A stretch of 63,689 bases of DNA, counting the filler, from Stramenopiles sp. TOSAG23-6 (taxonomy: Eukaryota): the NCBI GenBank assembly GCA_900128565.1. It is 10 parts of 10 records of this genome, joined end to end, with 100 filler letters (N's around TTAATTAATTAA, not from the genome) between each part and the next. Parts side by side here need not be neighbours in the genome. Positions count along the whole stretch, not along the records: positions 6,405 to 12,703 come from LT636727.1; positions 12,804 to 19,096 come from LT636728.1; positions 19,197 to 25,481 come from LT636729.1; 7 more parts are not named here. One strand, 5' to 3'. The translations under genes and the position numbers were made by a program. Shown one piece after another: positions 12,186 to 22,925 of this stretch. Position 1 is the first letter of the stretch, and the number at the start of each line of letters is the position of its first letter. The notes under the pieces were generated by a model. The model did no database searches, was not told where the DNA came from, and saw only the letters and a program-made list of their open reading frames with translations.

Positions 12186-12997
12186 TTCTTTCTTTCTTTG
12201 TTTCTTCTCTCTAGCTTATGTAAACAGTAGACTCTACTAGAGCTAGGTAAACCCTAAAAAAACTGTACACCAAAGAAGAATCAGTTTTNNNNNNNNNNNN
12301 NNNNNNNNNNNNNNNNNNNNNNNNNNNNNNNNNNNNNNNNNNNNNNNNNNNNNNNATACGAAATTTCGTACCTAACAATACCACAAATGTCATGCAGAAA
12401 AATATTGTTCAGTTTTCGTGTTATTTTTTTCTCCGGGTAACGTACTACTTTAGAAAATTTAATAATGACATGACAGTGAGAGAGACACACACGCGTACCT
12501 CAATATACGTAGTCTCTCCATCGATAAGAAGAAATCCTCAGCAAAAATTATCTTATGACGGCTTCTTCGAATACTTCAAGCTACAATGAACGTGGCGGAT
12601 TACGTAACCGTGTGCAAACTAGCCAATACAATAGCTGTAGGTCTAGACTACGCCGTGAACGGTCGTTTCCACAACTTGTAGATCTTGCGCAAAGTCGTGG
12701 ACGNNNNNNNNNNNNNNNNNNNNNNNNNNNNNNNNNNNNNNNNNNNNTTAATTAATTAANNNNNNNNNNNNNNNNNNNNNNNNNNNNNNNNNNNNNNNNN
12801 NNNACGTTTTCATCATGAATTTCAAATTTATTTTTTTTCATACGAAATTTTGTACCTAAGAAAAAAAATATTTTTTTTTGAGTTTTTATTCATTGACGTT
12901 TTCATCATGAATTTCAAATTTTCAATTTTTTTTTAATGGGGAATTTTGTACCTAACAAATGTTTTGAATTTTTTTTAAATATTTTTTTGTAATACAT

Positions 12998-13416
12998 CTT
13001 TGTGTTGAAAAAGATTCGAAGTGGTATTTCAGATAGAAATGAAATCTGCAATTCCGTTTGGTTTTCTACAAAAGAACATATTTTAGATTATGAGTGGTGT
13101 AATATGGCAATTCATTCTATGAGTCAATCGGGTCCAGAAATTACAAATTGGACAAAACTGGGTTGTTATAAATGTATGTTTGATTTTTTTTCAAATTTGT
13201 TTTTTTTTTCGTACGAAAGTTTGCACCTAACGAGTTTTTTTTGAAATACTTTTCCAAAACACATCTGAATCCTACGGTGCCATGGAACTCATCCAGCCTT
13301 GTCCTGAGCAAGCAGTTTGTAGTGAATTAAGAGATTTAAAGGATAATCAATTCTGTTGGACACCAGTTACCGATTTTAATGATGAAAATATGACAAAAGA
13401 ACGAATTTGGAAGGCA
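12998..13416 (+). CDS. Two exons of an uncharacterised Cys/Trp-containing protein
   Basis: Exons join in frame as GCYK-SESYGAMELIQPCP across family intron 13174-13264, which ends AT. Confidence 0.5.
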
Positions 13417-13511
13417 GTATGTTTTACTTTTTTTTATATTTCGAATTTATTTTTTTTCATACGAAATTTTGTACCTAACGATTTTTTTTGAAATATTTTT
13501 TTACAATACGG

Positions 13512-14271
13512 TTCTTCTGGGTGTGAAGTTGCTGTGGATAAATCGAACATGATTTTGCCACGATATAAAGTTTTGCGTAAGAAAACAAGAGAAGGTGCAT
13601 GGGAAGTATCTCAGCTAAATTTTCCTAAAACAGATATTTCTTTCTACAGGCACCAAATATGTATGTTTTACTTTTTTTCAAATTCGAATATTTTTTTTTA
13701 TAAAAATATTGTACCTAACAAATTTAAGTTTTTTTATTTTGAAATATTTTTCCAAAATACATTAGAGGCTGCGAGAGATGCAAAAGAAACAGTTTGTTGT
13801 TGTAGGGCAGAAAATGTACCTCCAATGGGTTCTTCGTTTACTCTTCCTGATGGAACACAAATTCAACTAACAGCTGAGGAAACAACATCAATTCCAGAAA
13901 TGTTATTCAAATCAGATATGATAGAATCATTAGGAATTTTAGAAGGATCAGTACCTTTACAACATTTACTACATAATACTGTAAGTAGTTGTGATCCAGA
14001 AATACGTAGTGAATTGTTACGTAGTATCATTATTGCTGGTGGCGGTGCTTTATTACCAAACTTACACCGTCGTGTAGCAAGTGAATTGCGTCTTTTGTTA
14101 CCATCGTCTTATAGAGTTAGTATTGTTACTCCTGGAAATTTGGGAAGAAAGTTTGCTCCATTTATAGGCGGATCCATTCTATCTTCGTTAGGTTCCTTCC
14201 ATCAGTGTTGGGTTTCTAAACAAGAGTATGATGAACATGGTGCTTCTATAGTAAATACAAAATGTCATTAA
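13512..14271 (+). CDS. ARP4: Actin-related protein 4 (ARP4/BAF53-like), C-terminal half
   Basis: ILPRYKV...FTLPDGTQI...IPEMLF...SSCDPEIRSELLRSIIIAGGGALLP...FIGGSILSSLGSFHQCWVSKQEYDEHG; intron 13661-13762 (GT...AT). Confidence 0.8.
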
Positions 14272-14353
14272 TATTATTAGTGTACGGGATATTTTATAGG
14301 CTATCTTTATTGTCAAGCAATAAATATTAATAATATTTAAAAAAGGTAAAAAC

Positions 14354-16416
14354 TCAATCTGCATCTCTCATTCCTTCAGAATCAGAATCAGAAGGTGTTT
14401 TCTCAACGTCATTAACAACAGCTGTTTCTTCAATGACGTTACCTTTATCATCATATTCTGGACAATACATTTGATTGATTCCAAGTTCTTCATTTTCCTC
14501 TTCTGTTCTTTCGTAATCTTCATTAACAATAAATTCATCTGGAATTGGATGAGTTGGGTTATATACCCAACTACCAGCGGAAGGATCCGATAAAATGACC
14601 GTGAAATCCATTTCACCATTCACTGCCTTGTTAATTTGACTAAAAAATTCTTCAAATTTTTGACGTGATTCTACCGGAGCTGAATCGCCCATGTAAAATG
14701 AAGATACTTCCTTTATTTGATCCCGTGACTGTGTTAGTAACCCTTCTACAGTTGTGTAAATTCCGCCAAGCGTACCACGATTTAACTCCAAACCAATTTC
14801 CGGTACAGCTACGTGACAGTCACAAGATTTCAAGACATCTCGTAGTAAAATATCCTTGGCATTTTCTCTTGTCACATGGATGGTTGTTCTTTTCCCCTTT
14901 TCTTTAATAGCACCACTGGTTTTTACTTCAGCATTTTTGTATCCACAATGAGGACATACAAGACACATTAACATAATATCCTGAAAATGAGGAATGTTTG
15001 TGATGGCCATTCGGTTTTCAGCTTGTCCACTGCATATGTATTATAAAAAATTATGTCAAATTAAAACTTTGTTAGATATGTTAATTAAATTTGGTACAAT
15101 TTTAACAATTCATTTCAAATCCATGATTTATGATTGAAATCCATGATGTAATGGAAAACCTACACAGGACATTTCGTGGGAAATCGAACATCAGTGTTAT
15201 TTCGAGAATCACAATCGAAATACATTCTTTCAATATCTTCCTCGGTAACTAATTTACCAATACGTTTATTTCGCTTCTCTGATAAACGATCACATAACTC
15301 CTTTTGAGCCTTTTTTAATTCATTCTCATCATCATGTGCCGCAGCTATACAACCAGTTTTTTCATCCTGTTCTTGAGAACGAGTATATGTATTGTGAAAA
15401 AATATTTCAAAAAAAAAAAAACATAAATATGTTAGGTACAAAATTTCGTATGAAAAAAAAATTAAATTAGAAATTCATATAAACATACACGCTGTAACTA
15501 CACAATTTGGGTCAGCTTCAGGTGAATTTGGATTTTCAACAGCTGCAACTCCTGAACAATCATCTAAGATAATATCAAATGGTAAATAATCTTCATGTCC
15601 AGTTGCACTAAATGCAAGTTTAGACACCATTTCATTGATTCGATTTAATTTTTCAATTTCGTCGTCTGTTGGATTGTTACCCGTTGACTGCTTCATATTT
15701 TCTGCTGCTTCACTCAAAGCAACAGTCATACTCTGTAGAACACCTTCAAGTGTTGTTAGACGACCATCTGATTTTAAACTAGCAGGTACTTGAATACCTA
15801 TGCTAGGTATTTCAATATCTGTAAATCGTGACAACACAACTTCTCTGTTTAAGTCTGACTTGGACAAAACTGTAATCACAAGTTTTACACCTTGTTCTTT
15901 GATGTCACCAGAAGGTTTTGCTTCATTGTTGCGATGACCACAAGCCCGACACTCGAAGGAAGAAATTATAATTTGCCCAAAAAATGGATATTCCCGCACT
16001 AAAAGTTTTGTCAAACCATTTTCATGACACTTTGGGCAGACACTCTCTATTTCCATTGTATCCTCAAAACCGTCACCATTTTCCTCACCATTTTTCTCCT
16101 TGTCATTTTCTTCGTCACTACTCTCCCATGCATTTTCACAAAACTCCTCTTCTTCATCGATTTTATCATCCTCAGTTATTTTTGATTCCTGAGATTCTTC
16201 AACAGGAATATCCAAATAATAACCAAGACCTTCCTCTCCAGTTCGAAACACAAAACCAGGTCTAGAACCAATAAAGGATTCGCATGGGTCAAACAACTTA
16301 TAAAGACCTTCACCTTGGGCATGACTTTTATCACGCCATAAATATCCAGGCTTTGTTGATTTGTAATCCGGGCAAGGATAAAACACGGGTTGATCATGTC
16401 CTATTGGAGCTGCCAT
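14354..16416 (-). CDS. ZPR1: Zinc finger protein ZPR1, 3 exons
   Basis: Two ZPR1 modules (ESVCPKC...SFECRACGHRNNE; FPTKCPVC...VCPHCGYKNAEVK...GGIYTTVEGLL); introns 15387-15488 and 15036-15163, both GT...AT. Confidence 0.92.
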
Positions 16417-16605
16417 GAGATAAATGTAGAAGTATTCGATGAGTAGAACAGTTAGTTGTACTGTACTTGTCAGTACCCGTAGCACAAGCACAGAAGCGTG
16501 TGCAATTATTATTTTTATTGCACTGAATTTAATTACCGGGTACCCGAATTATAATTATTGTTTTGGAGAATGTTATTCTTTTGTCAGAGACATCTTTTTG
16601 AATTG

Positions 16606-18702
16606 TCAGGTTTCGTCACAAAGAGGTGAAAATCCCAATTTTCCTGTTTTAATATCATCAATAATTTTTAAAACACCAGCAATGCTCATGAGAATAACAG
16701 CACCAATCATTACAATTACTATAGAAAAGACAATAAATGATGCATTGTTATACTTTTTGACTAAATAAATCATAATCTTCTGACCTAAAAAAGTGGCTAT
16801 TAAAGAAGATACTGAAAATGCAATAGAATGTATTTTGGAAAAATATTTCAAAAAAAATTAATTTGTTTTGTTAGGTACAAAATTTCGTACGAAAAAAAAA
16901 TCAAATTGAAAAAAAAAAAACGTACATAATCTTCGAGTAACATTCCAAGAAATATAAACTGCACTGTTGCTGAACCAGATGTTATCATCACAGTTGTTGC
17001 ACTGGTTGCTTGAGTATGTATTTTGGAAAAATATTTCAAAAAAAATTAATTTGTTTTGTTAGGTACGGAATTTCCTATAAAAAAAAAATTCGATTTTTTG
17101 TAAAAAAAAAAATAAAACATACACAATTCGGAGACATTCCTAACTCAAGTAATAAAGGTCCCATTATCATACCTCCCCCGATTCCTAAAAAACCTCCCAG
17201 TATTCCTGCTATAGCAGATAAAAATGGATATAAAAACATATTTTTACCCTTCCAATGTATTTTGGGAAAATATTAATTTTTTTGAAATATTATTGTTAGG
17301 TATGAAATTTCGTACCAAAAAAAAAAAAAAAATGAATAGAAAAAACAAACATGTATATCACCCTCAGCAAATACATATGCAACTCTCGTCTTTTCTATAT
17401 GGAGCTTCTTTAAATCAAAACCTACGACACTAGCGACTAGCAACATCGAAACTATGAGTTGTGAAAAAATATTTCAAAAAAAATGTTTTTTTTTTTAGGT
17501 ACGAAATTTCGTACGAAAAAATAAATTCGAAATTGAAAAGAATAAAAAACATACATTAAAGCTCCAGATAAAATCCAAAACTGTACACTACAATTTTCTA
17601 CTCCGATAATACTAGCTGACCCAGCTTTCCCTCCACGCAACAAAGACAAAATTACTATAATAATAAACACTATAAATACTTTGAGTAAAGGTATTTTCTG
17701 ATCTTTTTCACTGTTTCTAATTTTGTTTCTCGATACTTTTTTCTCAAAATGTTCTGGTGAATCTGATTCTATTTTGTTTGTCTTGGAAAGTTTTTTCTCA
17801 AAATGTTCAGGTGAATCTGATTCTATTTTGTTTGTCTTGGAAAGTTTACCATTTTTTTTACTTTCTAACATTACAATTGTTGGTTTTGAATCTTCAGAGC
17901 TAACGTTACAACAATTTTCAATCGGTACTTCAGTCTGATTTTTAACATTATTATAATTTACATGATTATCAACATGTAAATCTTTTTCATGCTCAGTACA
18001 AGTAGGTAAATATTTTTTTGAATTGTGCCATGTTTTTATACCTTTCAATAAAGTACGAAAAGCACCATATCCAATACATATAATTAAGCAAGTCACAATT
18101 GTCCAATCTGGCATTACTTTATTCATCATTACACCAATTACTGTACCAGCAAGCATTAAAGGTTCCAGCATCAGTACACAGTCATAATCTATCAGAGGTC
18201 GATGATGTTGTGTAGGATGGTGAGAATTATAATTTATACATAGATTCACTAAACTTCCACCAAATATCATAGCTTGTGAAATTGGTACAGCTTCCTTTGG
18301 GGAAAACCCAATCACCAGTATTAGCACTGGTACAAATATACCACCACCACCTAAGCCACCACCGGCTGCTAGTGCAGCTGCAAAAAATAGAACTACCATT
18401 CCAACTATTAAATAAGCATTTATGTTGTCAAGCAATCTTCCTCTTGTACAAAGACCTTTTCTTGTTTTGTCTGACCCTGAAACAATTGAAGAAGCTTTCG
18501 CCTCTTTGCAGACGAAACCTTTGCCACATTCGGTTGGCGACCCAACAATACAATTAGTGCACTTACTCTGAAAACAAACTTGACCCTTGTCATGTGGTTG
18601 GCACTTGTTATGAATATCGCTTGGTGAAAGACTATCATCACACTCTGCTGCAGTTCTTATTAGCAGTATAGAAGCAATGATTAGAGCTGTAGGACGATAC
18701 AT
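16606..18702 (-). CDS. TauE/SafE sulfite-exporter family membrane protein, 5 exons
   Basis: AAGGGLGGGGIFVPVL, RPLIDYDCVLMLEPLMLAGTVIGV, GGFLGIGGGMIMGPLLLELG; introns 17454-17554, 17255-17350, 17016-17122, 16828-16925, all GT...AT and all frame-restoring. Confidence 0.9.
17016..17122 (-). mobile_element. Representative introner-like element (about 50 related copies across the window)
   Basis: GTATGTTTT...T-run...GAAATTCCGTACCTAAC...GAAATATTTTTCCAAAATAC-AT; the same three blocks recur in unrelated genes, essentially always in the sense orientation of the host gene. Confidence 0.8.
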
Positions 18703-19035
18703 TTCACGACCATTTAAAACTCAAACTAAGATTTTAGAACGTCAAGTTGAGACTATATTTTCCTCGACGGTTACGTTTAAAAACGTATATTCTTGAGAAA
18801 TCCGAAATCCAGGCCAAAAGTAAGTACTGTATTTTTCTATAGTCCACTGCAAAGTGCAATTATTGGTACAGTCCAACGCACTTGTCAGTTTACGACAGTA
18901 TCGGCCCTATATATACAATAACTATCTCCACCATACTACCCCACCCATCCACAATGCCACGCTTTGCTATTTATACCCTAATGATGGCGATAAAGTCACA
19001 CATCACTATTATTTAGGTATTTATGTGTTTGAGGA

Positions 19036-19094
<59 letters not shown>

Positions 19095-19243
19095 TTNNNN
19101 NNNNNNNNNNNNNNNNNNNNNNNNNNNNNNNNNNNNNNNNTTAATTAATTAANNNNNNNNNNNNNNNNNNNNNNNNNNNNNNNNNNNNNNNNNNNNAAAA
19201 AAAAAAAAAAAAAAATAGGGAAAAAATTTCCTATGAAAAAAAT

Positions 19244-19289
<46 letters not shown>

Positions 19290-21655
19290 ACAATTTTATG
19301 AAATTGGTGAAATAATGAAAATGTACAAATGTGCTTAAAAATGAATCACATAAATCTAATGTTGTAGAGGATGATGAACACAATGATGTTAATAATTCAA
19401 TGATTGTGCCAACAGTGCTACTTGGCCATTTATATGACAAGTCAATTGGATTATGAATGTGTTCCTATATTTGTAGAAAATATTTCAAAATTTAAAAAAA
19501 TATTTTGTTAGGTACAAAATTTACTACGAAAAAAAAAATGAAAAAAAAATGAAAAAAAAATTCCAAAATTTTTTTTAAACAAAAGATAAAAAAAGATAAA
19601 AAAAATATTCTTATTACAACACGTACCAACATTTTTGGTGTCATATGCCGGGGACACAAAACTGTTTTCATAATTGAATATAAAATGTTTTGAACTCTTT
19701 CATCACTTTTTTCAATTTTTTCACTTTTTTCAATTTTTTCAATTTTTTCAATTTTTTCTTGATGTTGTCGACAAAATCGAACATGAATTATTTTTTCACG
19801 CCCATTACCGGGTATCAGCTGGTCAGGCACATTTTCTATAGTAAAACCTAGTAAAGATGCAATTTCTCTACTTATAGTAGGGTCATACGGTAATGTTTCA
19901 ATAAGCATGTATTTTGGAAAAATATTTCAAAAAAAATCTAAAAAATTTCGTTAGGTACAAAATTTCGTACGAAAAAAAAAATTCGATTTTTTTGTAAAAA
20001 AAATAAAAAAATAAAAAAATAAAACATACATACTATCAAGACAATCAGCAACAGATAAAATTTGTTCGGTAAAAATAAAAGGTTGAAATTGTTTTTTTTT
20101 TTTTTTTGAAATTTTTTTTTCTTCTTCTTTTGAAATTTTCGTTTTTTTTGGACTTTCTTGATTAGGATTAGGGTTAGGGTTTTTTAATGCAGGTATGCAT
20201 TTCATTACTAAATTCCACATCCCTACATAATCAATGACATTACTTGTATCAATAGCATGATATCCATTACTTCCAGGTTGTTTTAAAGGAATTTCCATAC
20301 AATGGTAAAAAAATATTTGAAAAAAAAATTCAGAATTTTTGTTAGGTACGAAATTTTTTTACGAGATTTTTTTTACGAAAAAAAAAAAAAAAAAAAAAAT
20401 GTAGGATAAAAAAATACATGCAATTACCAAATGTAAAAAAACAGCGTATTGTATTGTTTTTGACAGATTTTTGTAGACGAATAAATAATGGTGTCCAAAC
20501 ATTTTGAAGCGTTTTCGCAAATGAAGGTGAACCCACCATATTATCGATTGCATTGCTTGTATTGGTTGTAGTAGAGTTAGGGTTAGGGTTAGGGTTAGGG
20601 TCGTCGAAAATTTCGTCACTAGTTAGTGATGCAAAAGCGCCAACAGGCCCTTGACATTCTAAATATATGGCATGCTGTTTGATCCCATCGATATCATCAT
20701 TCGATATTTCAAAATTTTCAAAATTACATGTAGAAAGTATTGTGAAAAAATATTTCAAAATTTACTATAAAAAAAAAATTTGTTAGGTATGAAATTTTTT
20801 TACGAAATTTTTTTACGAAAAAAAAAAATTTAAATTTGAAATTTAAATTTGAAATTCATATAAAACGTACAACATCAAATAGAGTTGGGTTTATATACGT
20901 CACTGTAGTGTTTGTGAGGGAAGAGTCAACGGAGGAAACCCCATGTTTAAGCCAATCTACAAGAAGATGTGATAAACGTCCATGACCTGCACTTTGGTCT
21001 GAGAGTCTTTTTGCACGTACATAAATTATGAAAAAATATTTCGAAAAAAAAAATCTAAAAAAAATTGTTAGGTACAAAATTTCGTACGAAAAAAAAAATC
21101 AAAAAAAAAAAATTCAAAATTGAAATGAAAACGAACTTGTAATAATTTTTTTGTGTTTGTTTGTACAGATTTCAAAGATAAAATCGTACGCCATGCAATC
21201 CAATGTTGTTTCATAGCACTTAATGTCTTTTTATCTGTTCGAATCCATGAAGGGATTTGTTCAATTAATTGACACAAGGTTTTAAAAAGTTGAGAAAAAG
21301 TTTCTTCATTGAGCAAGACATCACTCCAAATAGCTGTTGCATATTGTATACTCAACTCTCCTTCAGATGCCAAGGTGATCAGTACCACATTTCGTGCAAG
21401 GGCAATCGAATTTAAGTCATTGAAATGTAGTTCAACTCGTGCTTCTGATGGAATATTTATCAAAGTGGTGAGAGGGTTTCGTATATCACCAACTCCAATC
21501 CAAAGCAATTTGATGGGTGTTGCGTTACATAAACTTTGTACTTCTTCTTTTGTTAGCAAGCTGCGAGCAAATGTATTTCCAATAAGAAAGCCACTCATCA
21601 CACTATCGACAAGCTTACGTCGTGCAAGACTAAATGGTTTAGAGTACACCATCAC
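19290..21655 (-). CDS. DUF4470-domain protein, at least 6 exons, 3' end truncated
   Basis: LLWIGVGDIRNPLTTL...LHFNDLNSIALARNVVLI DUF4470 signature; family introns end AT, TT (20735-20870), AT, AT, AG. Confidence 0.7.
20577..20600 (+). repeat. Interstitial telomere-type (TTAGGG)4 inside an exon; one of about 12 such tracts
   Basis: TTAGGGTTAGGGTTAGGGTTAGGG, read as DPNPNPNPN on the minus-strand gene. Confidence 0.85.
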
Positions 21656-21921
21656 TCGAAATAGCGTACTGTGGCAAGTACTCTAAAAGTAGTACTTAGT
21701 AGTAGTACTTTAAAAGTAGTAGTAAACGTCGTAGTAAACGCCAAGAAGACTTCAGAAGTTCAGAACTTTTTGGAGAACACCACGATAGTACCTGGTAACC
21801 TTGAATCTTAACTTCGCTGACTCTAAATTTTAGACACGTGTTCGTTGTGTTGTTGTTCTTTGCACGACTTGTTGTTGTTCGTCTTGTGATTGATTTTTCA
21901 TACTAATCAAAACAATACAAT

Positions 21922-22642
21922 ATGGTACGTGACACTTCAACACATGTGGGAGGTTGTCATCCATGATATTTGGATGACAACCTCCCACGTAGTTATATTT
22001 CGCTTTTATTTACTATCCCTATCCCACTTCGCCTTTCGTTAGTGTTACACGAACCCTAGTGTTACACTAACGTCATGGTTGAGACCGTTGTGCGATTGAA
22101 CTTCCTTCGGGAAGCTTTCCTCATCGAGTATATGTGGCTAAATCATTTATTCACCATCACAAACCCTTTATATATACCCAAATATACATGCTTTAATTGT
22201 AAAGGAAGGCGAGTTTCAGCACATTCTCCGTGTTATGAACACTAATCTTAACGGTAAGGAGAAAATCATGTATGCTCTGACAGCTATCAAAGGCATTGGT
22301 CGTCGTTTTTCCAACTTAATTCTTAAAAAAGCTGAGATTGACCTCAACAAACGTGCTGGTATGATGTCTCAAGAAGAGATCGAAAAAATCGTAGCTATTA
22401 TTGAAGATCCTCTTCGTTTTAAGATCCCAAAATGGTTCTTGAACAAACAGAAGGATCCTGTTACTGGTAAATGGACTCAACTACATGCTCAAGGTGTTGC
22501 TGGTGGTCTTCGTGAAGACATTGAACGTCTCAAGAAGATCCGCTCTCACCGTGGTCTCCGTCATTACTGGGGACTTACTGTTCGTGGTCAACATACAAAG
22601 ACAACTGGGCGTAAGGGCAAATCTGTAGGAAAGAAAAACTAA
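21922..22642 (+). CDS. RPS18: 40S ribosomal protein S18 (uS13); ATG-only first exon, intron 21925-22189
   Basis: [33 protein letters not shown]...[31 protein letters not shown] at 21922-21930. Confidence 0.95.
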
Positions 22643-22925
22643 AGTAGCCTAACCCTAACCCTAACCCTAATGTCGAAATTAGTGAATTTGAAACATGTCA
22701 GGACTCGATTTTTTAATATTTTTGAGTTAATTATATAGCGTGAATTCAGTTCTATATCTTAGTTTGTTGATTGTCATAATCAAGTTAGAATTCTTAGAAT
22801 TGTATTTAAAATATTGAATAAAAACCAGTATGAAAAAATATTTTGTAACCTTAACCCTAAGTACTATCGAATTGAAAAAAAAACACTTAAAATTGAATAT
22901 ACAATTTTATCTACTTAATTTTTTT

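Larger units (their letters stand above)
6405..12703. repeat. Contig-wide inverted duplication (arms about 6405-9378 and 9787-12703), probably an amplification or assembly artefact
   Basis: Every ORF is mirrored with identical protein sequence (e.g. 8581-8895 minus = 10270-10584 plus); the contig begins CGTCCACGAC and ends GTCGTGGACG. Confidence 0.92.

Noticed and set aside
16828-17554. Recurring ~25-nt partly palindromic repeat resembling a CRISPR array
   Set aside because: Spacing is irregular, the intervening sequences are exons of conserved eukaryotic genes, orientation follows the host gene, and no cas genes are present.
17730-17845. Short in-frame tandem duplications (also 23938-24027, 53543-53602, 59590-59724)
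   Set aside because: Ordinary slippage repeats in low-complexity protein linkers.
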